In this document: positions 48,083 to 56,740 of the stretch, piece after piece
Numbering within the stretch: the first letter of the stretch is position 1
Layout: each line of letters starts with the position of its first letter
NCBI GenBank assembly: GCA_964582455.1
Contig: CAZORD010000001.1
Span: 9,693-73,692 of the forward strand
Length of the DNA stretch: 64,000 bases
Source: an uncultured bacterium
Lineage (GTDB): Bacteria > Fidelibacterota > Marinisomatia > Marinisomatales > TCS55
Direction of reading: 5' to 3'
The notes under the pieces: model-generated
Databases searched by the model: none
The model's input: the letters and a program-made list of their open reading frames with translations, nothing else
Told to the model about the DNA's origin: nothing
Made by a program: the position numbers and the translations under genes

Positions 48083-49156
48083 CTAGAATTGATAGACGAT
48101 TGCATTGCAGTGCATACCGGCCCCAACAGAGGCCATAATGATTTTTTGTCCAGATTTAATTTCATAATTATCCAGTTTTTTATTTTGTATTAAATCCAGC
48201 ATGGTGGGAATAGTCGCTACGGATGTATTGCCTGTAAATTCAATGGTTGAAGGAATTTTTCCATTAAAAAATGAAAGGTCTTGGTTGTAGAGTTTTCCCA
48301 GGTTTTTTGCAATCGCAGTAAGCATTTTCCCGTTGGCTTGATGAAATAGAAATAAGTCGATATCTTCAACGGATAGCTCCAGTTTATCCAAAGTTTTTTT
48401 AATTACTTGGGGTACCCAGGTCGTAGCATAGCGGTAAACTTCCTTTCCATTCATTTTAAATAATATTTTTTCCTTTAATGCAGGGTTATTGGATTGGCCA
48501 ACAAATATAGTACGGCAATCCTCTTGGCAATGAGAAAAGGTGGTATAACCCAGTACTCCAATTTTATCATCATTTTCAGATTTAGATAAAATAGCAGCTC
48601 CGCAACCATCCCCCAGGAGCATGGAGTCCACATCATGGGGGTCCAAAAGCCGAGAAGCGACTTCAATTCCAATTACAAGCACATGGTTTGCATCGCCATT
48701 TACGATCGCATAATGAGCCTGAATCAGTCCCTGGATCCAGCCGGGGCAGCCGAATAAAATATCATAAGCAAAACAATCGTAGTTTTTTATTTGAAGGCTG
48801 TTTTTAACCAGGGAAGCAAGGTTGGGTACAGGTTCCCATCCCAATCCGTCAGTTCTCATATTACCAGCATTGTGGGCCACAATAATGCCATCGATCTGGT
48901 TTTTGTCCAACCCGGAATCTTTAATAGCACGCGTCGATGCAGATGTCATCAAAGGTACAGAGTCTTCATCGTCGGGAATATAACGCCTGCTTTTTATACC
49001 GGATATTTCTTCAAGTTTGGCAATAACTTCCCCTGTAGTTTTGGCGGTAAGCGACCCATCTTTTCCATAAAATTGATGGTCAGAAAAATTACTATTGGGG
49101 ATAACCTGATCAGGCAGTTTTGAACCTGTACCAGAAATGATTGTATTTATAGACAT
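48083..49156 (-). CDS. fabH: 3-oxoacyl-ACP synthase III family (Bacteroidota-type)
   Basis: YDILFGCPGW, FHQAN, GNTSVATIP, ASVGAG. Confidence 0.88.
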   Translation of the reverse strand: MSINTIISGTGSKLPDQVIPNSNFSDHQFYGKDGSLTAKTTGEVIAKLEEISGIKSRRYIPDDEDSVPLMTSASTRAIKDSGLDKNQIDGIIVAHNAGNMRTDGLGWEPVPNLASLVKNSLQIKNYDCFAYDILFGCPGWIQGLIQAHYAIVNGDANHVLVIGIEVASRLLDPHDVDSMLLGDGCGAAILSKSENDDKIGVLGYTTFSHCQEDCRTIFVGQSNNPALKEKILFKMNGKEVYRYATTWVPQVIKKTLDKLELSVEDIDLFLFHQANGKMLTAIAKNLGKLYNQDLSFFNGKIPSTIEFTGNTSVATIPTMLDLIQNKKLDNYEIKSGQKIIMASVGAGMHCNAIVYQF

Positions 49157-49244
49157 TTTTTACTCGATTATAATGTTTCTATGAGTATAGAATAATTGAA
49201 AGTGTTATTAAAGTACTCTTGAGCTCTTACCAATTTCACCTTAT

Positions 49245-50078
49245 TTAAATATTTAATTCGCTCTGTATTTTACTAGATTTTACAAAAGGGTAATACATGT
49301 GAGCTACCCACGAATCTCCCGGGTCATTTTCTATTCCATATACTGCTGGATATTTTCGGGTAATTTTTGCTGATCCAAAAAGTATATCCCAGAAAAAGTA
49401 CATATTACTGAAATTACCATTATTATTACTGACACCATCTTCATTTGATTTTCCATGGTGCATAAAATGGGTGGAAGGTGTTGAAATAGTACGCTCTATT
49501 ATCCAAGCCAATGGGTTGAGCACCTCATACTTATAAAGGAAGCGGTCCCACTTATATTCGCTATGAGCTCCAATAACAATTAATTGTTTAATAATGAGTT
49601 GAGTGAAAATCACTTCATAGGGCATGAAAAATGTCATGGTACCCAACCACCAAATGTTGGGCATAAAGACATAATAAAGCGTTGCATTTCTATAGGAGGT
49701 CAAAACACCCATTTCTTTTGCAGCATGATGGGATCGATGCCATTTCCACATCCAAGGCCATTCATGGGATTTCCGGTGCCACCAGTATTGAGAAAAATCA
49801 TCCGGTATTGATGCGATTAAGAATAATGTCCAAAAAGGGAGATGAGCTAAAGACTGATAATTATGTGGTACGAAAAAGTTAAGGATTAGTACTGCAGTGA
49901 ATAAAATAGCTGGTTTTATTATTAAGGCAAGTTGCAAAAATGATAAAATTTCATTTAGCCAGTCATCTTTTGTCCGAATTGATTTTCGGCTGTAAAGCCC
50001 TGTAAATGATTCAAGGATTCCAAAGCCGACAATGATGCCTGCAATCAGTAAGATTTCAAGCGTTTTTAAGTTTTCCAT
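49245..50078 (-). CDS. Fatty-acid hydroxylase/sterol desaturase family di-iron enzyme (AGMO-like)
   Basis: His boxes HRKSHE, HRSHH, TPSTHFMHH; WDILFGS; start at MENLK. Confidence 0.85.
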   Translation of the reverse strand: MENLKTLEILLIAGIIVGFGILESFTGLYSRKSIRTKDDWLNEILSFLQLALIIKPAILFTAVLILNFFVPHNYQSLAHLPFWTLFLIASIPDDFSQYWWHRKSHEWPWMWKWHRSHHAAKEMGVLTSYRNATLYYVFMPNIWWLGTMTFFMPYEVIFTQLIIKQLIVIGAHSEYKWDRFLYKYEVLNPLAWIIERTISTPSTHFMHHGKSNEDGVSNNNGNFSNMYFFWDILFGSAKITRKYPAVYGIENDPGDSWVAHMYYPFVKSSKIQSELNI

Positions 50079-50196
50079 AGCAAATATTAATCGTGTGCAG
50101 CATAGTAAAACAAGCTGATTGCCTATCGGCAATAGATAATTATTGTCATATATTTTCTTTTAGTGTATTATTGATTAACCAATCGAGGATTTTTCT

Positions 50197-51894
50197 ATGG
50201 ACTCCCAAAATTTGGAAAATAGCCTTTCAAAATTACAGGTAAATAAAGATCGCTGGGCGGAATTACCCATTTTAGAGAAGATTGACTTTTTGGATCAAGC
50301 CATCGATCTAACAGTTACCCATGCTGAAGAATGGGCAATGGCGGGATCCGAAGCGAAAGGTTTGAAATCCAATTCACCCTTAGCGGGGGAAGAATGGTTG
50401 GGCGGTCCTTATGCGTTTCTTAACTGGCTTCAATATATGAAAAATACACTCAATTTACTGAATGAGAGAAAAAGTGTAATCAGCAAATTAAAAATAAGTG
50501 AGAGATCCAATGGTCAAACAGTGGCGAGAGTCTATCCCAACAATTTTCTTGAAAAGTTAATCTTGGATAATTATTACATTGACGTTTGGATGCAAGATGG
50601 CGTCACGCCGAAAAATATTGAAGATACGGTTGCCTTATTTTATAAGCAGGACAACCCGAAAGGAAAAGTTTCTCTCGTGTTGGGAGCAGGAAATGTATCA
50701 TCTATTGTTCCCTTGGATATATTCTATAAACTGTATGCTGAAGGGGAAGTAGTTATGATTAAAATGAACCCCATCAATGATTACCTGGGACCCATTTTTG
50801 AGAAAGTATTTGCGCCCTTAATAGATAAAGGATTCATACAATTTGCCTATGGCGGTGGTGATGTTGGCGCTTTTTTGACCAACCATGACTTGGTGGATAC
50901 TATCCATATAACCGGCAGTGCACGAACCCATGATGTAATTGTATTTGGAGGAGGAGAAGAAGGTCAAAGGCGCAAGCGTGAAAATCATCCCATCATGAAT
51001 AAACCCATTTCATCGGAATTGGGTGGTGTTTCACCGACTATTGTTGTACCGGGACCCTGGTCGAAGGCAGATTTCAAATATCAGGCGGAAAATATCGCCA
51101 CCCAAAAACTTCAAAATGCAGGTCATAACTGTATTGCCACACAGGTTTTGGTTATGCCGGAAGAATGGGTGGGAACAGAAAAGTTACTCCAAGAAGTGGA
51201 GCGTAAAATTTCCAATGCTGAAAGTCGTCCTGCATATTATCCCGGAGCTGAAGATCGTCAGAATACCGCTAGAGAACATGCAAATGCGAAAAGTCTCGAT
51301 TGCCGTGTTAATCGTACCATTATTTATGATGTAGACTCCCATATCGATGAACCTTGTTTCAGAGATGAATATTTTAGTCCCGTACTTACAACAGTTTCGC
51401 TTCCGGGTCATGATCCTGCATCTTATCTTCGGGAAGCTGTTAAATTTGCCAATGAAAAATTAGATGGCACTCTGGGTGCCAACATCATTATCCATCCTAA
51501 AACAATGAAAGAACATAAAGCAGCTTTAGATTTAGCCATTGCTGATCTAAAATATGGCGGTATAGGGGTGAATACATGGTGCGCCCTTGCCTTTTTAGCC
51601 GCAGGCGGAGCTTGGGGTGCTTTCCCTGGACATACCATTGATGATATTCAATCTGGACAAGGTGTGGTTCACAATGCCTTCCTTTTTGATAAAACGCAAA
51701 AGACCGTTGCAACCGGCCCCTTCAGGAATTTTCCACGTTCCGTTCTTTCCGGTGATCTTCATATGGCACCCAGGCCACCATGGTTTGTTTCGAACAAAAC
51801 TGCCCATACTACAGGAAAAAGATTTACCTATTTCATGGGTACAGGAAAACTTTGGCGTCTACCCGGCATTTTTTCTTCAGCTTTGAGAGGGTAA
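50197..51894 (+). CDS. Aldehyde dehydrogenase family protein
   Basis: IHITGS, SELGGVSP, NAGHNCIA, EYFSPVL. Confidence 0.88.
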   Translation: MDSQNLENSLSKLQVNKDRWAELPILEKIDFLDQAIDLTVTHAEEWAMAGSEAKGLKSNSPLAGEEWLGGPYAFLNWLQYMKNTLNLLNERKSVISKLKISERSNGQTVARVYPNNFLEKLILDNYYIDVWMQDGVTPKNIEDTVALFYKQDNPKGKVSLVLGAGNVSSIVPLDIFYKLYAEGEVVMIKMNPINDYLGPIFEKVFAPLIDKGFIQFAYGGGDVGAFLTNHDLVDTIHITGSARTHDVIVFGGGEEGQRRKRENHPIMNKPISSELGGVSPTIVVPGPWSKADFKYQAENIATQKLQNAGHNCIATQVLVMPEEWVGTEKLLQEVERKISNAESRPAYYPGAEDRQNTAREHANAKSLDCRVNRTIIYDVDSHIDEPCFRDEYFSPVLTTVSLPGHDPASYLREAVKFANEKLDGTLGANIIIHPKTMKEHKAALDLAIADLKYGGIGVNTWCALAFLAAGGAWGAFPGHTIDDIQSGQGVVHNAFLFDKTQKTVATGPFRNFPRSVLSGDLHMAPRPPWFVSNKTAHTTGKRFTYFMGTGKLWRLPGIFSSALRG

Positions 51895-52061
51895 TTTTAA
51901 CAAATTAAGAAAAGGATATAATTAGATTTAGTTTAAAAACCAGTATGTATTAATCTAGTTTAAAATTATTAGTAAAGTGAAACAGGACAATTTATTATTT
52001 TAAACAGTCTTTAATAATATTTAATGCGTTAATTAACTTCTTCTTAATCAAGATTGCTTAA

Positions 52062-52991
52062 ATGTCAGAATTATTAACCGGTTTACTTCAGGAATCCATT
52101 AGCGGTATTGCCCTTGGCTGTATTTATGCACTTATTGCTTTGGGCTTTACGCTGATCTATAAAGCCACGGAAGTAGTGAATTTTGCCCAGGGTGAGGTCA
52201 TGATGGTGGGCGCCTATGTTAATTTCTTTTTTGTCACTCAATTCACTGGCATGGCGGGCGGACTAAATGGCTGGGTTTTTCTTGCTGCTCTCTTTGCATC
52301 AATCATCTTCGCTGTATTATTCGGAATTATTCTTGATTATATCATCAACCGGCCATTGAAGGATGAACCGGTATTTTCAATCATTATGGCAACAATCAGC
52401 CTGGCCATTATTCTTCGCTCTTTGACTGCCATGATCGCCGGACCCATAAGCCTTGTGCCCGTTTCTCCATTTGGTGACAGTACGATAAAAGCAGGAGGTA
52501 TCGTTATTTCTGTTTTGGACTTGGCTATTATTATATGTGCTATCATACTAATGGGTTTATTCTTTTTCTTTTTCAACAAGACCCGTTGGGGCATTGCCAT
52601 GAAAGCCACGTCAGAAGATTCTGAAGCAGCTCAGCTCATGGGTATCCCGGTAAAACAGGTTTACCGCATGGTGTGGGTGTTTGCGGCAATTGTCGGTGTA
52701 ATCAGTGGTGTATTGCTGGCTCCACGCATGGCCTTATTGGATACTACTATGAGCTATCTGGGTTTGAAAGCATTCCCGGCTGCAATCCTGGGTGGTTTCG
52801 GTTCTATACCCGGAGCAGTTGTTGGCGGCATTATTTTGGGAATTATAGAAACAGTGAGCATGGGCACGCTTTCATTCCATTTTTCATGGATAAAAGAGAT
52901 CAATGACATTATTGTTTGGATCGTTTTAATTGCGGTACTTATGATAAGGCCTGACGGTTTATTTGGCATAGCGAAGGTGAAGAGGGTCTGA
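52062..52991 (+). CDS. livH: LIV-type ABC permease
   Basis: IYALIALG...NFAQGE, AAQLMGI, AILGGFGS. Confidence 0.9.
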   Translation: MSELLTGLLQESISGIALGCIYALIALGFTLIYKATEVVNFAQGEVMMVGAYVNFFFVTQFTGMAGGLNGWVFLAALFASIIFAVLFGIILDYIINRPLKDEPVFSIIMATISLAIILRSLTAMIAGPISLVPVSPFGDSTIKAGGIVISVLDLAIIICAIILMGLFFFFFNKTRWGIAMKATSEDSEAAQLMGIPVKQVYRMVWVFAAIVGVISGVLLAPRMALLDTTMSYLGLKAFPAAILGGFGSIPGAVVGGIILGIIETVSMGTLSFHFSWIKEINDIIVWIVLIAVLMIRPDGLFGIAKVKRV

Positions 52992-54022
52992 TGAAAGGCC
53001 GTTACGAAGATATAAACCTAAAGTGGATTCCCATTTTAATCATTGCAGTCTATCTTTTCCCATTTCTGCTTAAGGGCGCCACTTTCAGTTATAAATATTA
53101 CCTATATATTTTAAATATGGCTGGAATATATATTATTTTGACTGTGGGGTTGGATCTTTTGAGCGGTTTTACAGGATTGATGTCATTGGGCCATGCAGCC
53201 TTTTTAGCCATTGGTGCTTACACGTCTGCAATATTAGTTGACCAGGCAGGATTGCCTTTTGAGCTTTCGTTAATTATTACGCCCATTATTGTTGGATTAT
53301 TTGGTTTTGTGATTGGCTTTCCTGCATTACGAATAGAAGGGATGTATTTGGGTTTGACAACGATGGGTTTTGGATTCATTGTTAAGCGTCTCATTATTGC
53401 ACTTCGGGAATGGACAGGAGGATCAGCTGGCTTACAAGTTTCTAAAGCATCTTTCTTTGGTATTTCTATAAAAAATGATTGGGATAATTATTTTATGATT
53501 TATACGTTTGTTATTCTGGCTGTGATTATTGCCAGGAGAATTGTCCAATCCAAACTCGGCCGGGCATTTATGGCTATACGGGATTCGGAGCAAGCAGCTC
53601 AAGCATCCGGGATCAATTTGGCCAAGTATAAAATGATGTCCTTTTTTATTTCAGGAATGTTTGCCGGTTTTGCCGGTGTCTTATTTGCCCATACAAACCA
53701 TTTTATTTCTACAGATCATTTCGATATTTTATTATCAATATTTTTCATCGTTATGGTACTTGTGGGGGGAGTGGGCTCTATTTATGGTGCGGTACTCGGG
53801 ACCCTTTTTATTGTGCTCATGGAAAATTTATTTATTCCCATGTTTGTAGATAGCATGGCTGAAATTATTCATCTTGAGGCTGGTGAATTTCAAGTGTTCA
53901 TTTTCGGTTTAATAATGCTGTTATTTATTATATTCCAACCGCAAGGTTTGTATGGAATGTGGCTCAAAATGAGAATTTACTGGAAATTATTTCCATTTAA
54001 TCCGCGGAAGCGGTTCACTTAA
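52991..54022 (+). CDS. livM: LIV-type ABC permease
   Basis: SLGHAAF, GRAFMAIRDSE, VLVGGVGS, QPQGL. Confidence 0.9.
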   Translation: MKGRYEDINLKWIPILIIAVYLFPFLLKGATFSYKYYLYILNMAGIYIILTVGLDLLSGFTGLMSLGHAAFLAIGAYTSAILVDQAGLPFELSLIITPIIVGLFGFVIGFPALRIEGMYLGLTTMGFGFIVKRLIIALREWTGGSAGLQVSKASFFGISIKNDWDNYFMIYTFVILAVIIARRIVQSKLGRAFMAIRDSEQAAQASGINLAKYKMMSFFISGMFAGFAGVLFAHTNHFISTDHFDILLSIFFIVMVLVGGVGSIYGAVLGTLFIVLMENLFIPMFVDSMAEIIHLEAGEFQVFIFGLIMLLFIIFQPQGLYGMWLKMRIYWKLFPFNPRKRFT

Positions 54023-54037
54023 ACAAAGGAGTTAATT

Positions 54038-55204
54038 ATGAAGCGTAATATTGCAATCATCATATTGTCAGCCCTCATTTGGATGGGTTGTGAAAATAGA
54101 TCGACTTCTCCCGGTGTCACAGACACCGAAATTCTTATCGGTAATATCCAGGACTTGAGCGGTCCAATTAAGGAACTCGGTCTGCTTATACCTGCCGGAA
54201 CGAACATGTACCTGGATTATATTAATGCCCAGGGTGGAGTTCATGGACGGCAGATCAAAATGGTAGTTGAGGACCATGGTTATAATCCCCAAAAAGCGGT
54301 TGTTGCTGCAAAAAAGCTCGTTGAAAAAGAACAGGTTTTTTGTCTTTACAACGTAATTGGGACATCCACTGCAGAGGCAATACGTCCTATATTAGAAGAG
54401 AGTGGTGTTCCTTTGATTGCACCCGGTACGAATTCCAGTTCTATGTCTGACATGTCCAGGCAGGCAGCGCAATATATTTTCCATACGGATGCCGGCTACG
54501 ATTTACAAACGAGAGTGTTGATTGAGTACATATTGGAAAATAATCCAGATGCCAAAATTGGATTAGCATACCAGGATGACGATTATGGTTCAAATGCGTT
54601 ACAAGGATGCGCTGAGGCGGAAGCAAAACACAATATTACAGTTCAGAAAGAATCATTTCAACGAGGTGCCACGGATTTCGTAGGCCAGACCATGAACTTC
54701 ATGAAAGGCGGCTGCACAGATGTGATAATTGGCGGTATCGTTCGTGAACCGGTAACCATCATGAAAACAGCCCAAGCTATTGGATACGAAGCTGCATTCT
54801 ATGGATTAGGCCCTACAGTTGATCCGCGGGTGGGTTTGCTGGCAGGGGAAGCGGGAGAAGGCTTTATCGCTGCTTATTGGGCTTACCATCCCGATACAGA
54901 TGAACTTGGTCCGATATTATATAGGGAACTCTGTGAAAAGAATAATGTCCCTGCCAAGATGCGCGGGCTTTATCATTATTATGGCTTTGCCACTGCCCAT
55001 GTATTGGTGGAAGGACTGCGCAAAGCAGGTAAATATCCCACTCGTGAAAGAATGATCAAAGGTCTGGAAACATTAAATAACTGGGATACAGGCGTGTTTC
55101 CAGAGATCACCTATAGCCGTAATGATCACGCCGGGGTTGAAAGCGTTATGCTATTGCAACTCCAAGGCGGTAAACAGGTAGCCATCACCGGCTGGCGTAA
55201 ATAA
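54038..55204 (+). CDS. LIV-type ABC substrate-binding lipoprotein
   Basis: Lipobox WMGC, DLSGP, INAQGGVHGRQI, YQDDDYG. Confidence 0.88.
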   Translation: MKRNIAIIILSALIWMGCENRSTSPGVTDTEILIGNIQDLSGPIKELGLLIPAGTNMYLDYINAQGGVHGRQIKMVVEDHGYNPQKAVVAAKKLVEKEQVFCLYNVIGTSTAEAIRPILEESGVPLIAPGTNSSSMSDMSRQAAQYIFHTDAGYDLQTRVLIEYILENNPDAKIGLAYQDDDYGSNALQGCAEAEAKHNITVQKESFQRGATDFVGQTMNFMKGGCTDVIIGGIVREPVTIMKTAQAIGYEAAFYGLGPTVDPRVGLLAGEAGEGFIAAYWAYHPDTDELGPILYRELCEKNNVPAKMRGLYHYYGFATAHVLVEGLRKAGKYPTRERMIKGLETLNNWDTGVFPEITYSRNDHAGVESVMLLQLQGGKQVAITGWRK

Positions 55205-55214
55205 TATTCATAAT

Positions 55215-55236
55215 AGGGGCCCCGTGAGGGGCCTCT
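55215..55236 (+). promoter_or_regulatory. GC-rich intercistronic hairpin after the binding-protein gene
   Basis: aggggcccc-gtga-ggggcctct, GNRA-type loop, no strong U-tract. Confidence 0.65.
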
Positions 55237-55242
55237 TGCTTT

Positions 55243-56004
55243 ATGAGCAAACTCAATATTCAAAATTTGCAAATGCATTTTTCCGGGGTGCGGGCGTTGG
55301 ATGATGTATCCTTTAAGGTCAATAAAGGTGAAATATTTTCATTGATCGGACCCAATGGATCAGGAAAATCAACCTTGTTTAATTGTATCAATGGTTTTTG
55401 TATACCCCAAAAAGGAAATATTGAATATAATAACATTGATCTTTTAAAAAGAAAACCACATCAAATTGTTATACAAGGCATATCAAGAACATTTCAAAAT
55501 CTTCAGAATGTTCCTTATATGACCTTGCTTGGCAATGTCTTATTGGGAGCGCACAGCAGGTTGACAACAAAGGATACTTTAAATCGCTGGTTCTCTCAAC
55601 GAGAGCGGGAAAGGGAAGAAGCACTTGCTTTGGAAGTCATGGATTTCCTTGGGATTGCTAATTTAGAGCATAAATATTTAAGCGGGCAGCCCTACGGCAT
55701 TCAGAAACTGGTGGAAATTGCCCGTGCCTTGGTTTGTAAACCCAGATTAATTTTGCTGGATGAACCGGCTGCGGGAATGAATGACCAGGAAACATTGGAA
55801 ATCGCAAAGATCATCACTGAAATCAGAGATGTACTTAAAATTACAGTATTGGTTGTTGAGCATGATATGAACCTGGTGATGAGTATATCAGATCAAATTT
55901 GTGTGCTGGATTCCGGAAAAATTCTGGCCATGGGCAAACCGGATGAAGTGAAAAATCACCCGGATGTGATCAAAGTCTATTTGGGAGAAGAAGCCCATGC
56001 TTAA
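55243..56004 (+). CDS. livG: LIV-type ABC ATPase
   Basis: GPNGSGKS, RTFQN, LLDEPAAG, VEHDM. Confidence 0.92.
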   Translation: MSKLNIQNLQMHFSGVRALDDVSFKVNKGEIFSLIGPNGSGKSTLFNCINGFCIPQKGNIEYNNIDLLKRKPHQIVIQGISRTFQNLQNVPYMTLLGNVLLGAHSRLTTKDTLNRWFSQREREREEALALEVMDFLGIANLEHKYLSGQPYGIQKLVEIARALVCKPRLILLDEPAAGMNDQETLEIAKIITEIRDVLKITVLVVEHDMNLVMSISDQICVLDSGKILAMGKPDEVKNHPDVIKVYLGEEAHA

Positions 56005-56740
56005 AATGATAGGCGTTGAAACCTTTTACGGCAAGATCAAAGCGCTGCATGGTGTTTCCCTTGGTGTAGAAACTGGCCAGTTGGTCTGCATCCTCGGTGC
56101 CAATGGTGCCGGAAAAACCACTATCCTGAAAACGATTTGCGGCATCACCGAGCCGGAATATGGTACGATCCATTTCAATGACATGCAGATAGATCATAAA
56201 GATCCGGAAGACATTATTAAAATGGGTATTTCACTTGTGCCTGAAAACCGGCGCATTTTTCCCGGATTGTCTGTATATGAAAATTTAATGATGGGCGGAT
56301 TTCTCATTAAGGAGAAAGAACTATTTGCAGAACGAATTAAAAAAGTGACAGACTATTTTCCCATTTTATCCCAAAGGGGCAACCAGCGTGCCGGAACATT
56401 GAGCGGCGGTGAGCAGCAAATGCTGGCCATTGCCCGCGCATTAATGCTGGATCCGAAACTATTGCTCTTGGACGAACCTTCACTGGGGCTTTCACCAAAA
56501 TTGGTACAGGATATATTTGCTATTATTAAAGAACTCCATACAACGGGAGTAACTATACTCATGGTTGAGCAAAATGTGAACCAGGCGTTAAAAATTGCTG
56601 ACTACGGTTATGTGCTTACCTCAGGGAAAATTTTCTTAAGCGGTACATATGATGAATTGTACGAAGAAGAAAAGGTTCGGGAACAATATTTAGGTGAGGG
56701 AAAATATACTCGTCGGGCCAAATTGTGGGGTGGCGGATGA
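55997..56740 (+). CDS. livF: LIV-type ABC ATPase
   Basis: GANGAGKT, LSGGEQQ, DEPSLGL, VEQN. Confidence 0.92.
   Translation: MLKMIGVETFYGKIKALHGVSLGVETGQLVCILGANGAGKTTILKTICGITEPEYGTIHFNDMQIDHKDPEDIIKMGISLVPENRRIFPGLSVYENLMMGGFLIKEKELFAERIKKVTDYFPILSQRGNQRAGTLSGGEQQMLAIARALMLDPKLLLLDEPSLGLSPKLVQDIFAIIKELHTTGVTILMVEQNVNQALKIADYGYVLTSGKIFLSGTYDELYEEEKVREQYLGEGKYTRRAKLWGGG

Noticed and set aside
51895-52061. AT-rich intergenic region with tagtttaaaa twice and an imperfect inverted repeat (possible operator)
   Set aside because: Such matches are expected by chance at this AT content, and no regulator gene is adjacent.
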